A DNA stretch of 63,162 bases, the filler included, from Phoronis australis (taxonomy: Eukaryota > Animalia > Phoronida), in the NCBI GenBank assembly GCA_002633005.1. It is 7 parts of 7 records of this genome, joined end to end, with 100 filler letters (N's around TTAATTAATTAA, not from the genome) between each part and the next. Parts side by side here need not be neighbours in the genome. Positions count along the whole stretch, not along the records: positions 48,003 to 57,988 come from NMRA01001775.1; positions 58,089 to 60,789 come from NMRA01003483.1; positions 60,890 to 63,162 come from NMRA01003759.1; 4 more parts are not named here. The stretch is one strand, 5' to 3'. Below, piece after piece: positions 50,559-62,033 of this stretch. Position numbers and translations under genes: made by a program. The notes beneath the pieces were generated by a model that did no database searches, was not told where the DNA came from, and saw nothing but the letters and a program-made list of their open reading frames with translations. How positions within the stretch are numbered: the first letter of the stretch is position 1; each line of letters begins with the position of its first letter.

Positions 50559-50995
50559 GTAAGTTGCACCTCCTCTGATGTGACTATTCATGTGAAATGT
50601 TAATTGTATCCGAGCCATCTTTACACAGTCATGCTAAAAAATACACCTCCAGGAGTATATTCAATGAGGCTAGTGTCTTGGACACTTGGCAAGTTTGCCC
50701 TGATGAAACACAAGATCTCACAACTGTACATTCAACCGGAATTTATTTATTAACGTGGGATCTTGTCTGGTGGAACAAATACCAAACCAAACAAGCTTGT
50801 CTTTCATGAGTCCCTGGCAGACATGTATTATAATTGAAACACGCCACAAATGCTAGAATTCTAAGGGAGGTTGTAACCAAATGCTTGATAGATGGTCACC
50901 ATGCAGCACTGAATGATAATGAGAAGTGGTATGTTATTACCCACAAGGTCAAGGATCATTCTGTATATTTTGCTTATAAGATTTGTGTGAAGCTA

Positions 50996-51419
50996 TTAGA
51001 TACTCTGCCGTATACACCATTCTCTACTTTTAGATACCCTGCTGTATACACGATTCTCTAATACACTTTTAGATACCCTGCTGTATACACGATTCTCTAA
51101 TACACTTTTAGATACCCTGCTGTATACACGATTTTCTAATCCACTTTTAGATACTCTGCTATGTACACGATTCTCTAATACACTTTTAGATACCCTGCTG
51201 TATACACGATTCTCTAATACACTTTTAGATACTGTGCTGTATACACCATTCTCTAATACACTTTTAGATACCCTGCTGTATACACCATTCTCTAATACAC
51301 TTTTAGATACTCTGCTGTATACACGATTCTCTAATACACTTTTAGATACTCTGCTGTATACACGATTCTCTAATACACTTTTAGATACTCTGCTGTATAC
51401 ACGGTTCTCTAATACACTG
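50996..51419. repeat. 39-bp minisatellite, about 11 copies
   Basis: TTTTAGATAC(C/T)CTGCTGTATACAC(G/C)ATTCTCTAATACAC. Confidence 0.93.
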
Positions 51420-53509
51420 TTAGTTGTTTTTAAAATGCTTCACCTTTGCTTGAAGGGCTTGAAAAATTGAAATTATATGATTTTCAAGTTGCATAAAACA
51501 AAATAATGCTAAATTTGACTAAAAACACGTGGTCACATGACCCAGTTAAGGTTAGCCAAAAATCAAATTCTACCGACTTTCCACTTTCAGAAAATATTTA
51601 CTTTTACTAAGTTAAGGTTCATAGATTTTTAGATATTTGTCTAAATACACACAGACGTGTCAACAAAGTCCTACACGCAAAGGTTACTGAAGTACAAAAA
51701 CATGCATTTTTAATGTAATTTAGTTGATGAATAAAGTCTATATCAGAAATCAATTTTTTTATTCTTTCGCATTTTAGTAAAAAAGCGGTTTTCCATTGTT
51801 GTTTCCTATTGGCTAACGCGCATCTGACATCACTGAGGCTGCATCGTGGCTGAAGGCAGTGAGATAAATTAAGGAGTATACATAGCTCATTGGGTGAAGG
51901 CCTCTCGCTACAGAGCTGTACTTTATGTGTATAAGTCATCTGCAGTCTCAGCTTTCAAAAGTTTGTAATACAAGTTTACTGCCATGTTTTGTTGACTATT
52001 ATTGAAACAATGCCATTTTACATGGCCCCGTGTAGCCTTGGTGCAAAGTTGTGTACTAAATATACAGCAGTTGCGCCGATGTGGATAAAAAACTGATCAA
52101 ATAACATCTGACACAAAATTAGTATCATTAAAAACTATAGTGATCTTATTTGAGTAAATTAAATTATTTACTGCTGTTGTAAATATTGGCGTTCTACCCG
52201 CATTATTCTTCTTCTAAAATTGTGGTGCGCTCTTTTGAGTCGGCTTTCAGCGCCATCACCTAATGGGCAGTTTCTGTTTCCTGATTCTTCAATCAACTGT
52301 TCTTCTCTTCCGCAAGGTTGCATACATGTCACAATAAATTATCAGATTGGTTTCATTTCATTACAAATTTTAATACCAGCCTACCGAATTTCAGAACAAA
52401 TTTTGCTGCTGCGAATTTGTATTGTTTTTCACATAAAGGGCTACAGGGAGCAAGGTGAGTGTCAGTTGACTCCCAGATTTTGCATGCACTTCTGCCACTC
52501 TACATAAGTTTCACAACGAGCTAGGTGACAAACAGAACTACTCGGGCTGTGTGAATTTTTGGGGTCTGATGAGCTCAACACACAGTTGTAGCTAGCTGTA
52601 TTTTGACGATAGTCTTCATAGAGCTAGCTGGTTGGCTAGGCCCTAGGATGCACCAACGTCACTGGGAAGAAAAACAAAAAGGTTGTGAGCATGCACAAGT
52701 TGATCTGTCGACTGGAATATGTACTCGCACAGCCAATGACCTATATGACTTTGTGCTGTGCAACCTCAGTGACGTCATGAAAAACAGTGCTCGCAGTGCG
52801 GCTTTATGGAACTAATATTTTTTTAAAGTAAAAAAGAAAAATATTGTGTACTATTGATGTGAATGTCTGAAACCAACTGTTATATTTTCAAAATTCATAC
52901 TAAAATGCAGAAACATGTAGTTCAGGTTTCTTGTAAAATGAATTCAACTTTGTACCAAGAAAGAAGGGTCATGGTTAGGTACACGAATTTTGATTAAAAT
53001 CCTATGGCGTAAAAATGTAAACAGACGTAACATTAATGGTTACCGTATTTAATGGTATTTAATGTCACATCTATACCCAATATAAATAAGAATTAGTCTT
53101 CATACACATCACATGTTGTTCAAATCAGGTAGAATGTATCAGGAAACCAGATATTTAATTTATGTTTTACAATTTTGATAAGAACTTTATCTTTTATTAG
53201 CACACAAGAATCAGTTCACCAGTAGATTGCACTGTAATGTATTTGATTTTATAAAATACCACATTTTATTCAATTGAGATTGATTTTTGATAACTTATTT
53301 AGAACACCAGTTTAAAGTAACCTTCTTACATATGAACAACTCAGTTATACTGAAAATGAAATTACAGTTACTGAAACTTATGAACAGTAAATATAGTTAT
53401 ACATAAAATAAATTTCTTAAATTGTGAGGGTCTTACACTTTAGCATTTCAAAAATCATGAGCTTTGAAATTCAAGGATCAGGAAAATGAATAAGAGGTGC
53501 CACCTTCAT

Positions 53510-53890
53510 CTAATGACACATCTAATTCATGCAATGGCGCGCTCTAGTGTCAAGCCAACAATAGAGTCTTCTGCAGCCATCAGCTGCCATTCCTGTTGGG
53601 GATTAACGGAATAATCCATTCACCTTTCATGGGATGGCAGGCAGATGTCTAGAGCTGGTGACATGACTATCAGACTCCCACAGAGGTCAGAACATGCCTC
53701 AACCTGTCAAGTGGGATAATCCATTGACTTAAAGATAGTGTCAGGACTCTGAAGGTGATGACAAGAGTTAAAGACTAAAGGCTATCCATCTAGCTCCCAT
53801 GTCAAAAGGTGATGACACGCTTTTCTGATTGGTCCACAACAAACTAGGGTTATAGGTCAGGAGATGCAGTATAAAGACAGGTCTGACAAC
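53510..53890 (+). promoter_or_regulatory. Proximal promoter/enhancer of the FoxQ2-like gene
   Basis: TATAAA 53870-53875; inverted CCAAT (ATTGG 53828-53832); nine TGACA/TGTCA; three TAATCC/GGATTA; two AAGGTGATGACA. Confidence 0.65.
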
Positions 53891-53926
53891 AGTACAGCAC
53901 TATCAATCTAAAATCACACCAGGAAC

Positions 53927-54646
53927 ATGCAGTCTTTTGATATGTCAACTTGTGAGCTTCACCAGATGTGTGGTCAAATGAATATGTCACAGACAGTGAG
54001 TGAGCATTATAAGGTTATAGATGATCCCAACATACAGGCTTTGCTGAGCTTTGTTGCATCGAGTTGCATTGGGCAACAAAGTATATTCAACATGGCTGAC
54101 TACAGCTTTGGAGCACTGCGATCTACCATAACACAATGCGAAGCCATCGAGCCCAAGTTGATTGGAGCAAAAGCCAGAGCGCCAGTCGACACCGGCTTCA
54201 AACGAAGGAAGAACTCGGCACGACCCAGAGTACAATACATATGTTTAATCGCTCGAGCTATCCTGGCATCTCCTAATGAGCAATGTACTCTTGCGGAAAT
54301 TTATCGTTGGATACAGGAGAAGTATCCTTACTATCGTGTCGGCAATGCCTGGAAAAATTGTGTGCGATGCACCTTGTCAACAAATGACTGTTTTGTGAAG
54401 GGTGACCAAGTAGACACTGACAAGGGATGTAAATGGAGCATTCATCCAGCCAATGTTATTGATTTTAAAAATGGCAAAATTAGACAACGACATGCAAACA
54501 TGACGTACCTTAGATATATTGAAATGAACAGCCGAAGTCATGTGACCACTTTACAGGACAATGCACTGTTGCTTTCAACTTCACATAAGCGACTGATACC
54601 TGAGAGTGCTGTTCATTCAGAGACAAAACGTCCTCGTAATTGTTGA
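53927..54646 (+). CDS. FoxQ2: Intronless divergent forkhead transcription factor, FoxQ2-like (239 aa)
   Basis: Forkhead domain RP...YICLIARAILASP....TLAEIYRWIQEKYPYYR....WKNCVRCTLSTNDCFVK......KGCKWSIHPANVIDFKNG. The W.IHPAN..DF..G wing is typical of FoxQ2. Intact ORF with a TATA box upstream. Confidence 0.88.
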   Translation: MQSFDMSTCELHQMCGQMNMSQTVSEHYKVIDDPNIQALLSFVASSCIGQQSIFNMADYSFGALRSTITQCEAIEPKLIGAKARAPVDTGFKRRKNSARPRVQYICLIARAILASPNEQCTLAEIYRWIQEKYPYYRVGNAWKNCVRCTLSTNDCFVKGDQVDTDKGCKWSIHPANVIDFKNGKIRQRHANMTYLRYIEMNSRSHVTTLQDNALLLSTSHKRLIPESAVHSETKRPRNC

Positions 54647-56752
54647 GATCTTTGTAGTCTGTGTTAATGGACAGTTTTGACCCACTCATTGCCAAAGAGT
54701 TGACATTATACGTCTTTCTTGTTGTGCAATCATTTTGTTATTAATTTGGGTGCTTTATAAAAAATCACTTAACTATGATCTTGTTTTAACCCTTTTGTTA
54801 CTTAGCCCTTGACTTTTTATAATTGTAAATATCTTGTTTTATCCTTTTCTTTCTCTTTTGTGTCCAAAATGCATTGTGTTAGATTAAAAACATCAAAACA
54901 ACATCTCTTTGTTTCTTTCGTACGAATTCAATATAATTTTAAGTGTGCAGACATTGTTTCATTTCTGTCACTTTTTCAAGTTTTCATCGCTTGCTTTAAT
55001 TGATAAAATCAAACTATAGATATACCTGTACACTGAAATAATGAAATACAACAAACTCAAGTACAGCAATTAGTTGATAAAACTTTTTACGTTATGACTG
55101 CCACATTTCCAGACAAGCACTTCTTTCACTGTACAATGCAAGAATGTGAAACCTCGTACTGTATTGAGTAAAATGCTAGTCCCACTAGGAGTTGCTCTAG
55201 ACAAGTGATTGCTGGAACAAGTTGTCACTAGGCATAGTAGTAATGTGGACACTACTTTGACCCTACTTTTGCTGGGGCAACTTGACATGTGTAATGACTT
55301 ACTTGACACTATCATGACACGGTAAATTGTTCTAGGGTAACTTGATCCAGCGCAAATCGTAGTGTGGACGCAAACCTGCAAACAAGGGAGAAGTAATTAT
55401 CACCTGAGCCTTGCTCAGTTAAAGGTTTTGGGATGTTTCTTGCACCATGTACATGAATGACCTAGTACAGGTGGAAATTTAAGGGGAAACCCAATTAAAA
55501 TTGTGAACTGAAGCACAAGTTTCAATGACCCCATTCACTGTCAACACAATAGAGAGCCAACTGGATGGGCTGCCAACAGGCACATAGTTTTATGACCTTG
55601 AATGAGTTGTCATTAAAGGATTACATGATTGAGTGGAGCCCAAGTGGGTTGCTGTCAGTGTTACCTGTACATGGTCCCTTTTGATTGTCATTGTGTAGGG
55701 TGTGTAGACTGGATGCTTGGCTGAACAGGGGTAAGTTATGGTAGGGTAACTCTTGATGTGGAAATTCACAGTGAATGACTGAACACTGTGACAACAATGA
55801 TCAGGTCATGATTACATAGTGCCTATTCATAAGGCAATGTCTGTTAGTGTTATGATAGGTGACTGACTTTTTTAGATGTAGGAAACATTCTTGAAGCGGC
55901 TCTCCATCACAAAAATAAAGTTTGATTTAGACCATTTGTTGTTATGTCTCATATTGTTCTTTTGTGAAATTTGATGTACCATACTCGTCGGGGTTACCAC
56001 GCATGCTCAGATTACCGCCCACCCCCTGTTTTTTTAGATTCCCAATTTAAGCACCCTCGGCGGTAACATGGACGAGTACGGTAATTCCATGAATTTAAAA
56101 GAAGTGGCAGTTCATCCATTGCTTGAGACCAGCCTCTACATGTTGGCTCATCACAGTGCATCGAGGAATAATGAAGTGTCAGTTTTTTGTGAACCCAGAA
56201 ATGACTTTCAGTCAGAGTAAAGAACCAATTTGATGCCAAGTTAATAGTGCTAAGTGAAGTCTAAACCAAAAGTTCGCTACTTGAGGAATGAGGATTTATA
56301 GTCATTTTAATCCATTTGTAAACTTAGGAATATGCAATTGATAGTCACTTGTTGTCAGATACCGTTTATTGTTCTTGCAACCGAAACTTTTCAGAAGGTA
56401 ATGGACTTTCTGTCAATCGGGTGTAAGCATCGTTAACACCCTCAGTGGTTTTTTGACTCAATCTTTTTGTTGATATTTTGTTTCCAATTCACTGGGAGCA
56501 TTATAAGCAATAAACAACATAATTATATAAAAGGCTTCCTGGGTAATAATGATTAGTGTTGGGGGTCAGCAGTGCTGTTTAGTGTCACATCTTAGGGTAA
56601 TTGTCACCTTTTCTAGAAAATCAATTCCCAAAAACTGTCAATTCTTTTTTGTCAATTGAAGGAAACGTCATCAAATTTTGTTGTACGAACCTATAGTTCT
56701 AGATTAAAATAATTTTAATCTAGTCTTAGTCCTTTTGTTGAGGAATTATTAA

Positions 56753-57521
56753 GGGCTGTTCCAGTAAAATCCGTGTGGGAGGGGGGGGACGGCAGTAGAA
56801 ATAAAAATTCATGGGTGGTGGTCTTCAGAAAAAAACTCAAATTATGGGTGGTTGTTCCTGTAAGAAGTGATGCATTAAAAATGGGTAGTATTTTTTACCT
56901 GTTAATGTTGACAGGTTGGTTACTTCACCATCAAAACTCAACAAAATGCAATTGGCAGAGTGCAATATGTTCACTAAGCCATTTATCAAGTCATGGGCAA
57001 CTTGATTTGAGCCAACTGTTTGTCTGCAGTCCTATTGAATTGAAAAGTTATGCAACACTGAACTGGTGTTAACACATATAAGAAAATTGATGATTTTTAA
57101 AAAAAGGATGAGGAGTAAGATAAACAAGTTCCAATATTCACTTGACATAGAAGTATAGAAGAGTTCGTGGAGACAGTTTGAGATTCATAGATCCTTATAA
57201 TTGAAAAAATGTTCATTGAAATTATAGACACATGGTGAACAGAGACACCTGGTGGCTGCCAAAAGTATTGTTCACAGGCTACTTTAGTTTTTGACAATAT
57301 TGGACAAGACAACTAGTTCTTGTCTGTCAGTCATCTGAGTTCTTAACAGGTCCTCCTGGAGGCAATTTGTTTGCAAGTGTTGGGTTTTATATTTTAACCT
57401 ATTAAAAATAATTAAAAAATTATGGGTCATGGGTTGGAGAAATAAATGAAAAATACGGGCGGTGGGTATGAAATAAAAGTGCCTTCCCCCCCCTCCCATA
57501 CAGATTTTGCTGGAACAGCCC
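56753..57521. mobile_element. PIF/Harbinger-type MITE
   Basis: TAA TSD (56750-56752, 57522-57524). TIRs GGGCTGTTCCAGTAAAATCCGTGTGGGAGGGGGG / CCCCCCTCCCATACAGATTTTGCTGGAACAGCCC. Confidence 0.85.
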
Positions 57522-57988
57522 TAATCTAAACAGCCTCATACAAAAAAACTGCCACAAGGAGAAACCACAGTATTGGGCGTCGTCCAAAAATCCTCATCAG
57601 CCATCCTTTTCCCAGTAAGAGTAAGTATATGTGCCAGTTTTCTTAATCGTCCAAGAAGTGGTTTGGCCGACAGAAGTGGACACCAAAAACAGACTAAAAA
57701 TAATAAACTTAAAATGGTCACTAGGAGGCGTCTACTACATCAAATCCAACTCAAAACAAGACGTCAATTCTTTGGCAGAAATTTGCCAAATAAGAAAAAA
57801 CTGTCCAGGAACTACAAAGAAAGACGAAAATAGAAAAAAAGTAAAATTGCTACTAGGGGGCACACCAGTAGTTACATGCGTCCGGAAGTCGTGGTCACAT
57901 TCATATAAACACTTGCCAGTGAACAGAGTGCAATATGTTCACTAAGCCATTAATCAAGTCATGGGCAACTTGATTTGAGCCAACTGTT

Positions 57989-58088
57989 NNNNNNNNNNNN
58001 NNNNNNNNNNNNNNNNNNNNNNNNNNNNNNNNTTAATTAATTAANNNNNNNNNNNNNNNNNNNNNNNNNNNNNNNNNNNNNNNNNNNN
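57989..58088. other. Artificial contig spacer
   Basis: 44 N + TTAATTAATTAA + 44 N. Confidence 0.97.
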
Positions 58089-58197
58089 CCAAACCTTATT
58101 ATCAGAAAGTAATCCTTTACTTACCTGTAGTAATTTGTGGCGTACCTTTATCTGCCTATTCTTCTACCAGTGCCTCTGTTATCTCATTATACGATTC

Positions 58198-58420
58198 CTA
58201 TGTCTCTGCGACTCCTGATTATGTCGCAGTTGCTATATCTCTTGAGACACCTGTCTATGTCACAGTTCCCATGCCTCTGACACGCCTGCCTTTGTCACGG
58301 CTCAGGTGTCTGTGAGACACCTGCTTATGTCACAGCTCCTATGTCTTTGAGATGCCTGTCTGTGTTAAGCTCCTATGTCTCTGAGACGTTTTTCTATGTA
58401 ACAGTTCCTATGTCTATGTC
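58198..58420. repeat. Degenerate ~35-bp tandem repeat
   Basis: TGTCTCTGAGACACCTGTCTATGTCACAGTTCCTA-like unit, about 6 copies. Confidence 0.75.
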
Positions 58421-58760
58421 ACTGTGCTTCTGTTACCTCATGAGATGACGGATGATGCTTATGTCTCTGACATATTTGTTTGTGTCTCAGTGCACTGTGA
58501 CCTTATTTAGTTGACAGAAACATGAAATATCTTAACCATCATTTTCAGAACGGATTTCTTTGTCGTGCCTCAGAGATGCAAAACCTTCCCGATTGTCCCG
58601 ATGGGGATTTTTAAGTTCTTGTTTCCAAAAAAACCCTTATGGGAGCTGTATATGGGTGGAGGTTCTTTTGAAATTCACCAGTATTTCTTTACGATGTGTG
58701 ACTAAGCCTCAGTGACTGTTACATCATTACATTATAAATTAATGTGTCTGTTCCTTCCAG

Positions 58761-58849
58761 TTCTGGATGGTCTGATAGAAGACATGGCCAACTGTCTGCG
58801 GGAGCACCACCGTCTAGAACACCTAACACCTGCAGCCCTACCTATGCAG
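58761..58849 (+). CDS. POLA2: DNA polymerase alpha subunit B internal exon
   Basis: CTTCCAG/GTGAGT splice sites. LDGLIEDMANCLREHHRLEHLTPAALPMQ is collinear with the POLA2 segment preceding GCD..GKLN; in phase with the next exon. Confidence 0.8.
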
Positions 58850-60135
58850 GTGAGTCAAGAGTGTTGTCTTGTTTGAAAATGTCACGTGCAGTTACTTCGT
58901 CTAATTGTCCGAGCATAACATTAGTCTGTTGCCCATTAAGGTAATGGCCAAATTGCTTTTGACACAAACACTGCTTCAGCTTGTTCATTTGTCTGGTCTA
59001 CCTAAACCCAAAATCAATTCTAATGTGTATGGAACAATTTGAAGCCAATAGTACAGCGTGTTTTTGACATCGAAAGTTGATGAAGGTGATGGATTGGATG
59101 TATTAAATTTGGAAAGCATGTTTATTGTAAAAGGTGATACGGTCAGTTTCTTGCATCTTGACTTACGAATGTTTCTTGGTTTCTGCCAGACATTTTAGAA
59201 GCAGATGCAGATGGCATCTAGTGCCCAGTTGCATGAAACAGTTCCAAATAGGGACTCAACTAAGTTCCCTGAATCTACTGCATATTTGTGGTCTTGTTAA
59301 AACACTGATTGTCTTTTCTTATGCTATTTGAGCCTCATTACTAAGTTAATATTTTTTTTGATACAATTCGAGAGTGAATTCTATGTTGAATTCTCAACAT
59401 TATTGAAAATAACTAGGGATCTTTTCATGCAACACTACTAATTTAAGTACTAAGTCCCTAATTATTATGATTCAGTTAAAGGCTTCGTTTTTAGTTATAT
59501 TAAAAAATGTCAGTAGTCGAAGAGGAGCTCATAATTAAGATAAAATGATTGAAAAATATAACGTCCTTTGAGTAAAGAATGAAACAAATGCGCAATTAAA
59601 GATTTACGGAACTTAGTTGAATCCCTATTCAGGACTGTTTCATGCAACCAGGCACAGAGCCCCTGCAGCTCAGTCATCTTAACATCCATGTTAACAGAGG
59701 AGTGCGAAGGTCCTGCCCTAGTGTTTTCCTATTGTTTAACCTCTTTGGTCGTTTCATGACAGCTTAACAGGCTTGTGTCAGAATTTTTTATCGACTGCAC
59801 AATTATTTCTGCTTATTCGAAAAATGATTTATATCTTATTGCTAAACTCTGATCTGCCAACACTCATGTTGCAAAAAATATCCGATAATCGCCAAGTGGC
59901 AGTGAAAGGCTGACTAAAGCCTAAGTGACTTTTCACAAAACTGGTCCCAGGTTACAATCCTTGATTCTTGTCTGTGCTCATGGGCAGTGAAATTTCTCAC
60001 CACAGATCTCCTGTTTGTAATCAACTCTTAGACTATTTTGTGTCAAGGTGTGTATGCGGATGAAGAAGGCTTACTTTGTACTGCATCAACAGTTTGGGGC
60101 TGCTCTCAACTTGTTAACAATTGTATCACATTTAG

Positions 60136-60288
60136 GAAGAAGCAAGTGTTGTGTGCCGTGTGGGCTGTGACAGTGAAGGCAAGCTGAATGCCAAGTCAGT
60201 AGTGTTGGAGGATAGTATGGACATGTCTGGCAGACATGTACCCTTGGATGTGTCTGGGCTCAACTCTTATTCACTCTTCCCTGGTCAG
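60136..60288 (+). CDS. POLA2: DNA polymerase alpha subunit B internal exon (OB fold)
   Basis: EEASVVCRVGCDSEGKLNAKSVVLEDSMDMSGRHVPLDVSGLNSYSLFPGQ carries the GCD..GKLN.KSV.LE and YSLFPGQ signatures. TTTAG/GTATGT splice sites. Confidence 0.92.
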
Positions 60289-60535
60289 GTATGTTGGTAT
60301 GCCATTATATGGGGTGATAGACATGTACCCCTGCTCAGGTATCTTCGTGCGCCAAAATTTGGGGTGATAGGCCCCTGCTCAGGTATCTTGGTGTGCCAGT
60401 ATATGTGGTGATAAACATGTACCCCTGCTCAGGTATCTTGGTGTGCCAAATACATGGAGTGATAGACACGTGCTGCTGGTCAGGTATCTTGGTGTGCCAA
60501 TATATGGGGTAATAGACATGTACTTTTCACCAAGG
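60281..60535. repeat. About 50-bp tandem repeat derived from the POLA2 exon end and donor site
   Basis: AGACATGTACCCCTGCTCAGGTATCTTGGTGTGCCA..ATGGGGTGAT units, about 5 copies. Confidence 0.8.
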
Positions 60536-60789
60536 TCAGTGTTTCAGTTTTCAGATTCCAAGAATGTGATTATGACCAATGTGGAGCCGAGGTAGTTATC
60601 ACGTTTTTGGGGTCTGAACCTTACCAAGCGTGAAAGTCAATTACAAGCAATATGATTGCTTCCATAAAGAAATTCATGTTAGTTTGTTGGTACAGTCTAA
60701 CCTATATGAAAATAACAAACTATGCTGATTACTAGAAGAACAGTATAATTCTATTGCTTATACATGTTCTGGGAAAAGGGACTTAAAAC

Positions 60790-60889
60790 NNNNNNNNNNN
60801 NNNNNNNNNNNNNNNNNNNNNNNNNNNNNNNNNTTAATTAATTAANNNNNNNNNNNNNNNNNNNNNNNNNNNNNNNNNNNNNNNNNNNN
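60790..60889. other. Artificial contig spacer
   Basis: 44 N + TTAATTAATTAA + 44 N. Confidence 0.97.
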
Positions 60890-62033
60890 TGTAATGCCTT
60901 TGGAGTGTTTGTGAGTACAAATAATTTGAGAAGCCAGATAAATCACTGCGTAAACGGCTTTAGGTCAATAAAACTAATTGATGAGACACCGAGGCCGTGT
61001 GAGCTCATGCTAATTTAGTGTTTGCTGGCAGAAACTGTTGTGAAACAACTCGATTGCCATCCCGCGGCCAGGTGTTAGGAGAATCTTTATTTAAATTTAC
61101 ATTACTCAAATAATGATTGTCAATGTACAACTTCTGCCCTGACGGTGCTGTGGCCAAAGCGGAACCTGAATTCGCGGCACCCGACGAGTAACTAGACTCG
61201 GCAATTTCCGCGTAGCTAATTCACCAACATAATCACGTGAACATTACTTTAGCTCACTAGTATACTATTTTCTTGACTGGAAGTTTAGTTTCCACTGAAC
61301 TTTGGCTGGTTTATGTTTGTGATGTCTGATCAGTTTCCGAGCCACTGTCTGGGATAACGACTCAATCCGGCCGGCCGCGACGCTGGGGCCTGATCGGGCT
61401 CCGAGCCACTAGCCAGGATAACAAGCACACTGAACTTTGGCTGGTTTATGTTTGTGATGTCTGATCAGTTTCCGAGCCACTGTCCGGGATAACGACTCAA
61501 TCCAGCCGGCCGCGACACTGGGGCCTGATCGGGCTCCGAGCCACTAGCCAGGATAACAAGAGTTTTGTGTTTAGAATTCAAAAAATCACAAGTCTAAACA
61601 ACACATATCTAGGTTCTCTTGTCTGTATCTCACGGAAAATACTTCGAAATTATCTCCGAACACACCCCAAACTCATGCTACGGACCTTATTGGCCTGCCG
61701 AACTTTGTAGGCTACGGTGTGTCCAAATACCAATAAATCCGTAAGAGCGAAATAAAACAACACATTTTTATAAGAACTCGGTGTATTTTTAAGGGCTTTA
61801 CATCGAAGTTTGATGATTTATTGGTGCTAAACGATGACTTCAAGCGATAAGCTGACACCAGTAACTCGTGTTGTGAACTGCTGAACAGACTGCGCGTGAA
61901 ACCGATGACGTCATTGGATAATTTCAACACCTCCGTCAGGTGTCAGGTAACGCAACCGTACGTGTCGTTATGGAGTAGAACTACTCGATCTAAATTGATA
62001 CAAATTTGGTTGTTTTTTGGGTGGCATGCTCCT
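60890..62033. mobile_element. Second, left-truncated copy of the Kolobok-type element
   Basis: Collinear with ~27452-28466 and ends GGGTGGCATGCTCCT|TTAA. Carries a private ~135-bp tandem duplication (61293-61427 / 61428-61560). Confidence 0.88.

Noticed and set aside
50996-51470. 39-bp array as a CRISPR array or a 13-aa repeat protein
   Set aside because: Units are contiguous with no unique spacers, the context is a eukaryotic intron, and the open frame follows from unit length being a multiple of three.
48003-60789. Functional clustering of ZCRB1, the FoxQ2-like gene and POLA2
   Set aside because: POLA2 lies on a different contig across an artificial spacer.
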